64,000 nucleotides of DNA from a virus (lineage: Duplodnaviria > Caudoviricetes), in the IMG/VR virus record IMGVR_UViG_2615840593_000003, positions 32,001 through 96,000 of that record. The stretch is one strand, 5' to 3'. The translations under genes and the position numbers were made by a program. The notes beneath the pieces are model-generated. The model did no database searches. It was not told the DNA's origin and worked only from the letters and a program-made list of their open reading frames with translations. Shown in pieces: positions 29,501 to 39,171 of this stretch; position 1 is the stretch's first letter, and each line of letters opens with the position of its first letter.

Positions 29501-30406
29501 TTATACGATACTTTCTTCAGGAGCTTTATCAAAATTGAAACCTTTAAATGACACAATTCTTAATGACCCTGTACTTGTTTTCTCAAGATACTGCACCTTA
29601 CAGAACAATCTCGGCTCCAACCACATTGCATCACGTTCTACATTAGTTATGATCTGTTTAGCGATTTCTCTAAATGCTCTTTTTTCATCAGGTTTAAAGC
29701 CAAACTCAACATTTGCAATTGGTCTATATTTATCATTACTTAATTGTGTACCTACTATCATTGTAAATGGATTTTCTTTATAACCTAATATAACGGTATC
29801 CATTACTTTAAAATGTTTATACTTTAACCAATTATGTGATCTATGATTTGTTTTGTAAGTGGAATCGCTACGCTTCCCCACGATACCTTCCATACCTTTT
29901 TCTTTAGTTATCTGAAAGATATCATTACCGTTACCCATAACTGAAGGTGTAACCAACAAATTATTTGAAGGCACAATTATCGATGATAACATTTCTTTCC
30001 GTTCTACTAATGAATTATTCATAACAGATTTATTTGTAGCTAATAAATCAAAAGTAATGAATGTAGTAGGATGTGTTAAAGTAGCTTGATTGATCTTATC
30101 TTTATTTGAAAATCTACCTCTATAATTAAAATCATCAAATACTGAAATGCCATTTCTCAAAACGACACCTTCACAATCAACGATTGCTGTGTCTTCCTTG
30201 ATTGACTTACCAACAGTTTTTAGTTCTGGAAACTTAGCAGTTACATTGTTACCATGACGTGTATAAGCTTCTACTCTTTCTCCATCTTTATGCAAAAGGA
30301 TACGCCAACCATCCCATTTTATATCATAAATCCATTCAGGATTATCTATTATTTCATCATTGTTACCCATCGAGAGTAACATAGGTTTTATTGGAGTAAA
30401 CAACAT
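29501..30406 (-). CDS. ATP-dependent DNA ligase (LigB/LigD-type ligase domain)
   Basis: PIKPML, DIKWDGWR, VDCEGV, FDLL, MEGIVGK, WLKYK, GSLRIVSF. Confidence 0.92.
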   Translation of the reverse strand: MLFTPIKPMLLSMGNNDEIIDNPEWIYDIKWDGWRILLHKDGERVEAYTRHGNNVTAKFPELKTVGKSIKEDTAIVDCEGVVLRNGISVFDDFNYRGRFSNKDKINQATLTHPTTFITFDLLATNKSVMNNSLVERKEMLSSIIVPSNNLLVTPSVMGNGNDIFQITKEKGMEGIVGKRSDSTYKTNHRSHNWLKYKHFKVMDTVILGYKENPFTMIVGTQLSNDKYRPIANVEFGFKPDEKRAFREIAKQIITNVERDAMWLEPRLFCKVQYLEKTSTGSLRIVSFKGFNFDKAPEESIV

Positions 30407-30482
30407 TGTATCATCTCCTTATTTACCATTATCTCATGATAAATAAAGTAAAAATACATGTAAATCAAGGTATTGGTGGTAA

Positions 30483-30836
30483 TTACAATTTCATTCTCTC
30501 ATTTATATGATCATTAATTAGGTTTTCTACTTTTGATTTTAATGCTTGATTAGCATACCTCAGTTCTACATCGTTACCTGCTGTAGCTATTTTTGCATCA
30601 CTAAAATTTTCATCTATCTTAGTCCATCCCACAATTCGTATCTTTTGCTGTGAAAGCTGTCGTTTTAGATTAAAACATTCATTACGTAAATCTTTTAAGA
30701 GTGAATCCAATATTGGGAGAAATACATTTTTCAACTTAAATTGTTCTGTTTTTAGATAATCCACCTGTAATGATTTAACAGCTAAATCTAACAATAAAAA
30801 TCTGTGTACAAGCTGTCGTTGTTCTGAATTAATCAT
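30483..30836 (-). CDS. Hypothetical protein in the YolD-ligase operon
   Basis: 117-aa ORF overlapping the YolD-like stop. Confidence 0.75.
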   Translation of the reverse strand: MINSEQRQLVHRFLLLDLAVKSLQVDYLKTEQFKLKNVFLPILDSLLKDLRNECFNLKRQLSQQKIRIVGWTKIDENFSDAKIATAGNDVELRYANQALKSKVENLINDHINERMKL

Positions 30837-31167
30837 CTATATTTACCATTGATGCTTTTTGTATCTGATCAAATGTAATGCGTTTGATTGAAATATCTGT
30901 ATCCAAGAGTAATTCCTTATGATATACATTAATTGCAGTAATCATTCCTACAACATCATGTATTTTATTATTGCTCCACAAAGTTAATTTGACTTCTTCA
31001 TGTAGTTTATAAGCTCTTTGCACTACCTGTTCGATCTCTTCCATTTCCCATTCAGTCAATTCACACTTTTTATCATGAAATTGTTCCTGTTTCCATTTCT
31101 TAATTTCGACTAAATGTTCAGGTAACATCATTGATGTCCATTTCATACTTCCACGGTCATTAAACAT
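30829..31167 (-). CDS. YolD-like protein
   Basis: DRGSMKWTSMMLPEH signature. Confidence 0.9.
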   Translation of the reverse strand: MFNDRGSMKWTSMMLPEHLVEIKKWKQEQFHDKKCELTEWEMEEIEQVVQRAYKLHEEVKLTLWSNNKIHDVVGMITAINVYHKELLLDTDISIKRITFDQIQKASMVNIDD

Positions 31168-31190
31168 AGTATCTCTCCTTACATAAAATA

Positions 31191-31228
31191 AGAACGTTTG
31201 TTTTTATTTATTATAGAACATTAGTTCT
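31191..31228. promoter_or_regulatory. Two LexA (Cheo) boxes upstream of the YolD-like gene
   Basis: AGAACGTTTGTTTT (31191-31204) and AGAACATTAGTTCT (31215-31228), GAAC-N4-GTTY. Confidence 0.8.
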
Positions 31229-31282
31229 AATTTATGCAATAAAAAGATCAAATATGCTCAATAAAAGATAACTATCATTTAA

Positions 31283-31438
31283 TCACTCTTTTTCACAAAC
31301 AATATCTTCATATGCTTCTGGATTTGTTGTTATTGAATATCCTGTAAAGAATACTCCTCCTACAAATGATAACAACGCCACTAATACGAAAGCAGATATC
31401 AATCCTACACTAATCCACGCTTTTGCAAAGTTACTCAT
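31283..31438 (-). CDS. Small membrane protein (51 aa)
   Basis: Own translation MSNFAKAWISVGLISAFVLVALLSFVGGVFF...; RBS aaggag. Confidence 0.6.
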   Translation of the reverse strand: MSNFAKAWISVGLISAFVLVALLSFVGGVFFTGYSITTNPEAYEDIVCEKE

Positions 31439-31454
31439 TGTGTATTTTCTCCTT

Positions 31455-31826
31455 TTAATTGTATAATTTTAATTCTCTTATCCATTCTGGAATTGTGTCT
31501 GGCGTGAAGATACCGTAATTAATACAAGTTAGTGTATTTGGTTCTAATTGAGTGTATCCTTTATCACGAATTACACGATATCCTCCGTGCCTTTCTATTT
31601 CTTCTAATTTTTCTTGAGGGCATTTTAGGATAATCTTTTTCTGTTCGCCACTCATGTATTCCTTTATTGTACTACGCATAAAATCTTCAAGTGGTCTAAC
31701 TCCAACTTCTAAATTCATGTATGTATAGATGTAACTAGCCACTGCATGACCAACCTGACCTGCTAATTTACCTTTTGAAATTTTAATATCTTCATTTACT
31801 AATATGTACATTCTATAATCTGCCAT
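31455..31826 (-). CDS. Peptidyl-tRNA hydrolase, PTH2 family
   Basis: ISKGKLAGQVGHA, QKKIILK, IRDKGYTQLEPNTLTC, LKLY. Confidence 0.9.
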   Translation of the reverse strand: MADYRMYILVNEDIKISKGKLAGQVGHAVASYIYTYMNLEVGVRPLEDFMRSTIKEYMSGEQKKIILKCPQEKLEEIERHGGYRVIRDKGYTQLEPNTLTCINYGIFTPDTIPEWIRELKLYN

Positions 31827-32395
31827 TATATTTCTCTCATTTCCAAAAATTTCTTTTCAATCTCTGGTGTTCGTTCACTCATAACATTAAATAATTCATC
31901 AATATGTATTAGCTCACCAAAAGGCTTATGTTTAAAAATTGGACTGTCTACTCCTACATTAAGTTGATTTAAATAACTGTTAGGTTCACTATGGATATGT
32001 CCAGAAATACTCCATTTACGAGGACGTAATCCTATTTCCATAGGATAATGAGTTAACCACATTGAATGCTTATTGTATTTGATTTCAATACCAACTTCAT
32101 GATACTCATCCAGTAAACCTAACTTGTTAATTTTTGACCACGTTTTAGAGAAATCATGATTCCCTTTAATTAATCGAATCTTTCCTTTTAACAGTTGTAA
32201 AATACTAACTGTCTGCTCATAGTTCCCTAAACAGAAATCACCTAAATGGTACACTATATCATTTTCATCAACTTGTTCATTCCATTTATTAATCATGTGT
32301 TCGGTCATTTCTTCAACAGATGAGTATGGTCGATTCTCGAATTCTAAAATTTTCTTATGATGAAAATGTGTATCACTTGTAAACCAAATATTCAT
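31826..32395 (-). CDS. Calcineurin-like metallophosphoesterase
   Basis: TSDTHF, HLGDF, KGNHD, THYP, GHIH, NVGVD. Confidence 0.9.
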   Translation of the reverse strand: MNIWFTSDTHFHHKKILEFENRPYSSVEEMTEHMINKWNEQVDENDIVYHLGDFCLGNYEQTVSILQLLKGKIRLIKGNHDFSKTWSKINKLGLLDEYHEVGIEIKYNKHSMWLTHYPMEIGLRPRKWSISGHIHSEPNSYLNQLNVGVDSPIFKHKPFGELIHIDELFNVMSERTPEIEKKFLEMREI

Positions 32396-32529
32396 TATGT
32401 ATTTTCCTCCTTAATTTGTATTTCTCATAAATACATTACTATACCATAAACAAATACAATTCTATCGTTTCATGTATTATGTATTTTCTAGAAGTACACT
32501 ATTTTAAATAATATTCTCATATTATGCAA

Positions 32530-32787
32530 TTATTCTATGTCTGCAACATAAATCCATCTAGCATCGTTCTTTTGATGTTCGTAAGGTAAATCTGTATAGT
32601 ATTCACTGTCATAAAAATATACTTTTTTAGGAGAACCCAAATACATTGATTCCATCAAGCTATATTTATCGTCATAATGATAATTTTCATCATAATCATA
32701 ATATGCCTCTCTTAAAGTAGCCATCTCCATATCACCATGAATTTCTAATACAGCTTTATAATGATTAACAACTTCACTTAATTTCAC
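32530..32787 (-). CDS. Hypothetical protein
   Basis: 85-aa ORF with RBS. Confidence 0.65.
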   Translation of the reverse strand: MKLSEVVNHYKAVLEIHGDMEMATLREAYYDYDENYHYDDKYSLMESMYLGSPKKVYFYDSEYYTDLPYEHQKNDARWIYVADIE

Positions 32788-32803
32788 ACTAACATCTCCT
32801 TGC

Positions 32804-33016
32804 TCAAAATTTCTTTGCTAACCATGTTGAAACTTTAGAGATAATTGGTTCATATACGTATTTATCTAATCCAAACATTATCTCCTCAATGTTATAAGCC
32901 AAACATCTTAAAATAAATAATGGGAATGTGAATGGTAGCATAACAATTCTCATGGTATTTTCAATAAAACTTTTTACTTTCATTTGCTTTTTCGTACCAA
33001 CAAAATGATTTATCAT
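32804..33016 (-). CDS. Hypothetical protein
   Basis: 70-aa ORF. Confidence 0.6.
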   Translation of the reverse strand: MINHFVGTKKQMKVKSFIENTMRIVMLPFTFPLFILRCLAYNIEEIMFGLDKYVYEPIISKVSTWLAKKF

Positions 33017-33049
33017 CTAATCAATTCCTTTTATAATAGGCTCGTTTTA

Positions 33050-33391
33050 TCAAAAGTATTTTATATGTAATTGTTTATTTTCTTCATATTGCTCACTAGT
33101 GTCATACAATTGTCTTGCCAGTGGCTCTATACTGTATTTCATCATTAGATAAGCATCTGAATCATAGTCTGAACCCTTATCAATCCAAATAAAATGATTC
33201 TTAATACCTCTACTATTTTGTCTAATCGGTGCAGTTTGAATGATCTCTGTATCTGATTCGAAATAGCATTGTGACCTAGTTTTGTATAATCTAATAGCTA
33301 CTTTATTTTTGATTAGCTCTTCGAATTTCAATTTTCCGCGTTCGTAATTATTTGTGTAGATAGATATTTTTATCTTCATATTTACCTCCAT
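33050..33391 (-). CDS. Hypothetical protein
   Basis: 113-aa ORF; stop overlaps site 33033. Confidence 0.65.
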   Translation of the reverse strand: MEVNMKIKISIYTNNYERGKLKFEELIKNKVAIRLYKTRSQCYFESDTEIIQTAPIRQNSRGIKNHFIWIDKGSDYDSDAYLMMKYSIEPLARQLYDTSEQYEENKQLHIKYF

Positions 33392-33393
33392 GT

Positions 33394-33834
33394 TTATTTA
33401 ATTAATTTGTTCCATAGTTTATCGTATAAATAGTCATCATCAACATATCTCAATATGTATAATATTATCTTTTGCTTGATTCTATCGATAAATGAATATC
33501 TTATGTATATTGACAATTCTTTTTCGTTTTCTTCATTTACATAAGTTGTATACAATTCTATTTCTCTATTTTCTCTACCTTCATACAGCTCTACAACTTC
33601 GTTCTTTATCCTCTCACTCACTAATTCTTTTATCTTATTTTTAGAAGCTATTGAAGCATCTAGAGAAAGCAATCTGATCATATTTTCAGTTTGATTAGGC
33701 TTATCATCTATATTGAGAAATGATTCTTCTACCGTATTAACTATATCTCCAAAGGTTTTTATCCTATTTGATATATCGTTATTTCTCTTTTCTATTTCCT
33801 CAAGCCTATTCCATAACTCATCATAATGAAACAT
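33394..33834 (-). CDS. Hypothetical protein
   Basis: 146-aa ORF with RBS. Confidence 0.7.
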   Translation of the reverse strand: MFHYDELWNRLEEIEKRNNDISNRIKTFGDIVNTVEESFLNIDDKPNQTENMIRLLSLDASIASKNKIKELVSERIKNEVVELYEGRENREIELYTTYVNEENEKELSIYIRYSFIDRIKQKIILYILRYVDDDYLYDKLWNKLIK

Positions 33835-33868
33835 ATCTCACCTTCTAAACTTTAATAATACTTTGTTT

Positions 33869-34147
33869 TTATTTAATTTCTTCAAATGAAAAATTTATTC
33901 TAACCTTAATCACTTCTTTAACTTTAACGCTGTTTTCATTATAGGTAGGGCTGAAATCATAAGTACTATTATTTTTTATTGCATTAAATACTTCATTAGC
34001 CTTATCAATTTCATCGAAAATAATATTTCTACAATGAGAAACATCAAGGTATACCTCATCAACTACATACTCATCGAAGCGTTCGTCCAATGTGATGTGT
34101 ACAAACTTATTATTTTCAGTTTTTATTACATAGTATTCTTTGTTCAT
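33869..34147 (-). CDS. Hypothetical protein
   Basis: 92-aa ORF; stop inside site 33855. Confidence 0.65.
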   Translation of the reverse strand: MNKEYYVIKTENNKFVHITLDERFDEYVVDEVYLDVSHCRNIIFDEIDKANEVFNAIKNNSTYDFSPTYNENSVKVKEVIKVRINFSFEEIK

Positions 34148-34151
34148 AATA

Positions 34152-34346
34152 TTAGATCGCCTCTTTTTTATTTAATCTAACTTCAGCAGTTGTAAATTGA
34201 TTATAAACCCAATAATCATACTCATTATCACCTGAATCGTATATAAAACCTTTATTAAGTAGAAATGAATTCGCTTCTTTTAATGTCTCGAAAAAGTGTA
34301 TCTCATGTATAACAGTATAATGAAATGCGATCTCAACCTTATACAA
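34152..34346 (-). CDS. Hypothetical protein
   Basis: 64-aa ORF with RBS. Confidence 0.6.
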   Translation of the reverse strand: MYKVEIAFHYTVIHEIHFFETLKEANSFLLNKGFIYDSGDNEYDYWVYNQFTTAEVRLNKKEAI

Positions 34347-34440
34347 ATAATCTACTCCTTATATTTAATAAAATGACTGTTTCATCAAATTTTATAAGAA
34401 ATATAATAATCAAATTCGCTCCAAAATATCTTTGTTATCA

Positions 34441-34469
34441 TTGAACAAAAATAACAAATGTTGTAATAT
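34441..34469 (+). promoter_or_regulatory. sigmaA promoter of the Excalibur cassette
   Basis: TTGAAC-17bp-TAATAT. Confidence 0.6.
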
Positions 34470-34490
34470 TTACTTTAAGGAGGGATTATT

Positions 34491-34697
34491 ATGAAAAAAC
34501 TATTAGCTACTCTATTAACAGCAACACTTATATTCTCGTTTATACCAACTGGTAGTGATGATGCTTCAGCCGCAGAATCATATAAGAATTGCAAAGAGCT
34601 GAATAAGAAGTATCCTAACGGTGTTAAGAAAGGTCATCCAGCATACTCAGCTAAACTTGACCGAGATAAAGACGGATGGGCTTGCGAAAAAAATTAA
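34491..34697 (+). CDS. Secreted Excalibur calcium-binding domain protein
   Basis: Signal peptide; YKNCKELNKKYPNGVKKGHPAYSAKLDRDKDGWACE. Confidence 0.9.
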   Translation: MKKLLATLLTATLIFSFIPTGSDDASAAESYKNCKELNKKYPNGVKKGHPAYSAKLDRDKDGWACEKN

Positions 34698-34712
34698 TAT
34701 TTAATAACACTT

Positions 34713-34737
34713 CCACCTATTTAATTAGGTGGATTTT
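34713..34737 (+). terminator. Terminator of the Excalibur cassette
   Basis: ccaccta...taggtgg followed by atttt. Confidence 0.65.
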
Positions 34738-34749
34738 ATTGTAATAGAG

Positions 34750-34902
34750 CTATTTTATTGAATCTTTGAATGATTTATCAACATCAGAATCACAAGTTAT
34801 ATGATATTCATCCCAATCCTCACCATATAAACCACCTTCTCGTATATCAATTTCGTCATTTTCACATTTTCTATTACAAACTGGACAATAAAATTCGTAC
34901 AT
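34750..34902 (-). CDS. Small zinc-ribbon protein (50 aa)
   Basis: Own translation MYEFYCPVCNRKCENDEIDIREGG...; fills the interval between sites 34741 and 34921. Confidence 0.55.
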   Translation of the reverse strand: MYEFYCPVCNRKCENDEIDIREGGLYGEDWDEYHITCDSDVDKSFKDSIK

Positions 34903-34938
34903 ATAAACAAACCCCTTTTAATAATAAGTCTCTTTCAT

Positions 34939-35175
34939 TTAAAATCGGAAACTATAGTTTATTTGCTTATCATGAATTTCTAATAATTTTAAAACTTCCT
35001 CATATACATTCTGTAATTGTTCTGGATTTGCCTTTTTAGGAAAGATTTCACGACTAACATCTAATTCAAATCCATTCTTCCAATGTCTCAAAATTACATT
35101 CTTACGAAAATGATAAATGCTTACACCTAGATCTTTCATGACTTTTGAAAAATCCCCATAATGATTTATTGTCAT
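34939..35175 (-). CDS. Hypothetical protein
   Basis: 78-aa ORF; stop abuts site 34921. Confidence 0.65.
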   Translation of the reverse strand: MTINHYGDFSKVMKDLGVSIYHFRKNVILRHWKNGFELDVSREIFPKKANPEQLQNVYEEVLKLLEIHDKQINYSFRF

Positions 35176-35393
35176 TGTTTTTCTCCTTTAGTTGATTAAT
35201 CGAATAACATTTTTCTAGTTTCCTTTTAGAAATCTTCTAATTCACCTGCTAATAGAAGATGTTCAATGTGTTCTTCTGCTTGCATTAAACTAAAACCATG
35301 TGTCATTAAATAATCAATTACTTCATCTTTCATATTCATTTCACATTCTCCTTTTTATGTATTTGTTTTGATAAAAGCATGATATTACTTAAA

Positions 35394-35636
35394 TCATTTA
35401 GCACAAACATCTCTTAAATCTATATCTAGCTTATTACCTATATCATCTTCGATGAATTCTCCATTATATTTACGATGTTTCATTTCCTTTAAAATTTCTT
35501 CTGTGCTATTAAATTCAACCCTATGGAGTGTTCCTTTAAACCCTTCTGAATCCTTATGAATATTATCAATATGACATAAATAAACGCTCACAATATCATT
35601 TCCTTTATTTTTAAGTTTCTCTCTATCGTTTTCCAA
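35394..35636 (-). CDS. Hypothetical protein
   Basis: 80-aa ORF. Confidence 0.55.
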   Translation of the reverse strand: MENDREKLKNKGNDIVSVYLCHIDNIHKDSEGFKGTLHRVEFNSTEEILKEMKHRKYNGEFIEDDIGNKLDIDLRDVCAK

Positions 35637-35865
35637 GTATTCTATTCATTTTCTTACCCTCTAGGAATCCATTAGTTTTCTTTTCTGATTTAGACGTCAT
35701 CACTTCACTCATTCTATTGTATTCTTCTACAGTGATACCTAAATTAATTGGATTAGTTTTTTCATCCTTACATGCTTCCATTAAAGATTTAGCTAATTCT
35801 CCAACACTCGTAAAGCATTTTGCTCCTACCCCACCAATAATCATTGATTTATTTATTTCCTCCAT
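35623..35865 (-). CDS. Hypothetical protein
   Basis: 80-aa ORF with RBS. Confidence 0.6.
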   Translation of the reverse strand: MEEINKSMIIGGVGAKCFTSVGELAKSLMEACKDEKTNPINLGITVEEYNRMSEVMTSKSEKKTNGFLEGKKMNRILGKR

Positions 35866-35875
35866 TTAACCACTC

Positions 35876-36217
35876 CTAAATTTGAAATTCATCCGACTCA
35901 TAAAGGCTCATCATATTATGTCCATATCTTAAAATTCGTTTTGTTGTATCTTGTAGGCATTTAAACTTACCGTTACTATAAATAAACGTGTCTTCAATCT
36001 TGAAGTAACTGCCTTCTCTTACATATCTCATGAATCTACTATCAGCCGTAACGATAATTACATCTTTTTCTTCATCATTAAGTGCATCTACAATTTCCTT
36101 AGTTGCTAGTCCATCATATTCAAATTCAGCAAGAACCCCATTTAATTGTTTTGCTATTTCCAACTTACTTCTTGTGTTACACCAGTGATCAGTCATAACT
36201 AACTTCACTAAAATCAC
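35876..36217 (-). CDS. Hypothetical protein
   Basis: 113-aa ORF. Confidence 0.65.
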   Translation of the reverse strand: MILVKLVMTDHWCNTRSKLEIAKQLNGVLAEFEYDGLATKEIVDALNDEEKDVIIVTADSRFMRYVREGSYFKIEDTFIYSNGKFKCLQDTTKRILRYGHNMMSLYESDEFQI

Positions 36218-36453
36218 TCCTTTTCCAAATGAACATTTCCTTTTATCTCATAACTTTCTCCACTTTCTAATTGTCTCCAAGATTCAAAATTATCACGTTG
36301 CTCATACCACCCGATTGGCATACCAAGACAACCTTCTACACTATTATCTACCCATGCAATAATCCATTTTGTATCAGACCCTTCAATAGTCGTATAATCT
36401 CCTTCGTAAATAATATTTCCTGACATATCTATAAAGCTTCTTAACTCAGTCAC
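36214..36453 (-). CDS. YopX C-terminal-like protein
   Basis: DMSGNIIYEGD...YEIKGNVH. Confidence 0.6.
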   Translation of the reverse strand: MTELRSFIDMSGNIIYEGDYTTIEGSDTKWIIAWVDNSVEGCLGMPIGWYEQRDNFESWRQLESGESYEIKGNVHLEKE

Positions 36454-36495
36454 GATTATTCCTCCTAGGTTTTAATAATAATATATTGGTTTCAT

Positions 36496-36711
36496 TTAAT
36501 TTCGATTTGTTAATGCTTCTTGGTATGCTTCAGCATAAGTATTCATTTGTCCTTCTGTATATACTGGATTAAATTCATTTGCAATTTGTTGTAATTTTCC
36601 TGCAATACCAAGAAGGAAATTAATATCATCATCATTAAATTCAGTTATTAATCCATTATCTGCTAATCCTTGTAGGTATTGAATTCTTTCTTGTTCGTTC
36701 ATTTCAATCAC
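36496..36711 (-). CDS. Hypothetical protein
   Basis: 71-aa ORF; stop abuts site 36478; own promoter near 36732-36785. Confidence 0.65.
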   Translation of the reverse strand: MIEMNEQERIQYLQGLADNGLITEFNDDDINFLLGIAGKLQQIANEFNPVYTEGQMNTYAEAYQEALTNRN

Positions 36712-36812
36712 TCCTTTTATTATTTAACTAAATATTACCACACAATAAACATTATCGCAACACATTTTATGTATTTTATTATTTAAAAGTAATAGAGCAA
36801 GGAATATTCTCC

Positions 36813-37259
36813 TCACTCTTTATTATTTGTTTTAATATTTAACGCCTCTTTAATTGCAGTTTGTAATAATTGAGAAAAGTTCAGTCCTGCATCTTCACCT
36901 GCATCACGTAGCCATCTTGGCAATGTGCAATTTTTAGTCACAGCTTTATTAGCAGATTCATTTCGATATGGTGGTATATAAACATCAATAAAAATAATTC
37001 TGTCAGTTGAATCATGTAATTCGATACTTTCAGGATTTGAAGGGATAGGTGATTCTAAATCTTTTTCTTCTAATTCGAGGATGCGAAAAGCTAACATGGT
37101 TTTTGCTTCTCGAATACCTTCTGTGATTTCATCAACTAAAATAGCTGTACCAGTGAAGTCTGGAAAATACATAGAATAATTGTCCTCAGATTGCTCAACT
37201 ACAACTGGATAAATAAAATGATTATAAGTAGACAAATTTATCACTCCTTTTTCATCCAA
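36813..37259 (-). CDS. hicB: HicB-family antitoxin (no adjacent hicA)
   Basis: FIYPVV...YFPDFTG...EAKTML...PIPS...KNCTLPRWL...GLNFSQLLQTAIK. Confidence 0.88.
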   Translation of the reverse strand: MDEKGVINLSTYNHFIYPVVVEQSEDNYSMYFPDFTGTAILVDEITEGIREAKTMLAFRILELEEKDLESPIPSNPESIELHDSTDRIIFIDVYIPPYRNESANKAVTKNCTLPRWLRDAGEDAGLNFSQLLQTAIKEALNIKTNNKE

Positions 37260-37304
37260 TTATAGCACGTATAAATGATGCTTGTTAAGAAAAATTAATA
37301 GTCC

Positions 37305-37775
37305 TTATTCCTGCTCCATTGAGCGAAGTGTGAGTATAAAAGCTTTAGCTAAGTTCAATTCTATATCAGTTGCGTGCTCTCCGTCCCCTAATGATAGAAA
37401 GTCATTTTGAATACTATAATCAACAAATAAACCATTTTTATCTTTGGAGTTCATTATTCTATCAAATTCATTGCGAATGCTTACTGGTGTTAACTCTTTA
37501 TAAGTGTTAACTGTATTTATTATTGTTTCTTCCCTAAGTTTTACTAATTCTTCTTCAGATACTTGATAAACTGGTGCTAATTTTAATAATACCGTTGGAG
37601 AAGGCATTCTCTTTGATCGTTCACATAAGCTTATAGCCTGTGCTGATATACCAGTACGTGTAGAAACCTCTTCCATAGTAAGATTTCTTGCTTTACGAAA
37701 AGCCTTCATATTTTTACCTATAATAGGACTTAGATGATAATCGCTTCTTTCGTCTTTCCCTTTGCTGTTCGCCAT
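37305..37775 (-). CDS. Xre-family HTH transcriptional regulator
   Basis: IGKNMKAFRKARNLTMEEVSTRTGISAQAISLCERSKRMPS. Confidence 0.88.
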   Translation of the reverse strand: MANSKGKDERSDYHLSPIIGKNMKAFRKARNLTMEEVSTRTGISAQAISLCERSKRMPSPTVLLKLAPVYQVSEEELVKLREETIINTVNTYKELTPVSIRNEFDRIMNSKDKNGLFVDYSIQNDFLSLGDGEHATDIELNLAKAFILTLRSMEQE

Positions 37776-38270
37776 GATAACACCTCTACTGTTTAAATAA
37801 ATTAATAATTAAACCTACTGTTTATATAGAAGTTATCATGGTAACATAGCAAAGTCAATTTGATATAACTATTTAACCTTCATTTACTTATAATTTATAC
37901 ATGCTGTTCAATGTAATTTCTGTTTTTTAAAGATCATTAATTTTTACCACCATCTACTATTGATATGCTCAATTTCGAATTTACGATTAATTATGTATTT
38001 TCCACTTTAATTGTTAATTAAACTTATCAGTATTCAAAATATAATCTGTATCACAAATTATACCTTCACTAAGTTTGATTTCTTCTACTTCCACATTTCT
38101 TCTGTTCTGATCTTTCCATTTATCCATCGCAATACCTTTTTGCCTTTTTCCAATCTCTCGCAACTACAATCATTCCTCTGTTCTCTGTATAACAGCTATA
38201 CTTAATTTTATAAACGTAAAAAATCTTCACATTGTTCACTCCATAGCTCTTCATAATACAAATATATTAT

Positions 38271-38483
38271 TTAATCTTCTAACTTTAATTCGTTAATGTA
38301 GTAATAATTATTACCATTGACGTATCGATGATCGCTCCCTAACACCATTTTTGCTACTGAATTCAGTTTATATTTTTCTTCGAGTTTATTGATAGCTGAG
38401 TTCTTATTTTTAAAATAACCAATAACCTCATGTACAGGCTCAATTTGATGAACGTATTTATATTCTGCTTGATAGATAATCAT
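38271..38483 (-). CDS. Hypothetical protein
   Basis: Single-gene unit between sites 38253 and 38516. Confidence 0.65.
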   Translation of the reverse strand: MIIYQAEYKYVHQIEPVHEVIGYFKNKNSAINKLEEKYKLNSVAKMVLGSDHRYVNGNNYYYINELKLED

Positions 38484-38529
38484 AGTTGTTCTCCTTTTGT
38501 TTTGTATCTATTTTTATAAAACGTGACTA

Positions 38530-38850
38530 TTATTTAACGTTAATTTCACGAGCTTTATTTCCTTTGTCTAATGTAATTTCTGAATCGTAATATTCGCTAT
38601 TAAACGGACTTCTATATTTTTGTATATAATTATCCTCATTAGCATAAAAATCTAACGCATTTTCTAATTCTTTAATTCGAGCATCCTTTTCAACGATTAA
38701 TCTTTCATAACCTTTATTGATATGGTATCGAGCGTGACACACTTCCTCTAATTCGTTGATTTTACTTTTCATTTCCTCGAACACTTGCCAAATCTTAGGG
38801 GTAGTTCCTACTGAGTTCAGCATTTTCTCCCATTTATCAAAGTTTTCCAT
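38530..38850 (-). CDS. Hypothetical phage protein
   Basis: ALDFYANEDNY...DKGNKARE; between sites 38516 and 38876. Confidence 0.7.
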   Translation of the reverse strand: MENFDKWEKMLNSVGTTPKIWQVFEEMKSKINELEEVCHARYHINKGYERLIVEKDARIKELENALDFYANEDNYIQKYRSPFNSEYYDSEITLDKGNKAREINVK

Positions 38851-38892
38851 TACTATCTCTCCTTTTTTGTTTTCTATAATAGAATCATTTGA

Positions 38893-39171
38893 TTAAATAT
38901 ATACGTATTCACCTAACTCGTATATTGCATCGTTTATTATAATACCTATATCATCAGGCATTTTCCTTTTTTCAAAGTATTGTCTAAGATTATACTTCTC
39001 GTCTAAATAGCTGCTCCATTTTGGGTACAGTTTCACTGGTGAATTATCAGGAAATGGTTCTCCTTGAAGATATTCAAGTACCTCTTTAATTTTACTTATA
39101 CATTCATCAGACATCATCCACCAAGAATATACACTTAATAAAACTTCTGTTTTTACTTTCATAAACATCAC
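38893..39171 (-). CDS. Hypothetical protein
   Basis: 92-aa ORF. Confidence 0.6.
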   Translation of the reverse strand: MMFMKVKTEVLLSVYSWWMMSDECISKIKEVLEYLQGEPFPDNSPVKLYPKWSSYLDEKYNLRQYFEKRKMPDDIGIIINDAIYELGEYVYI

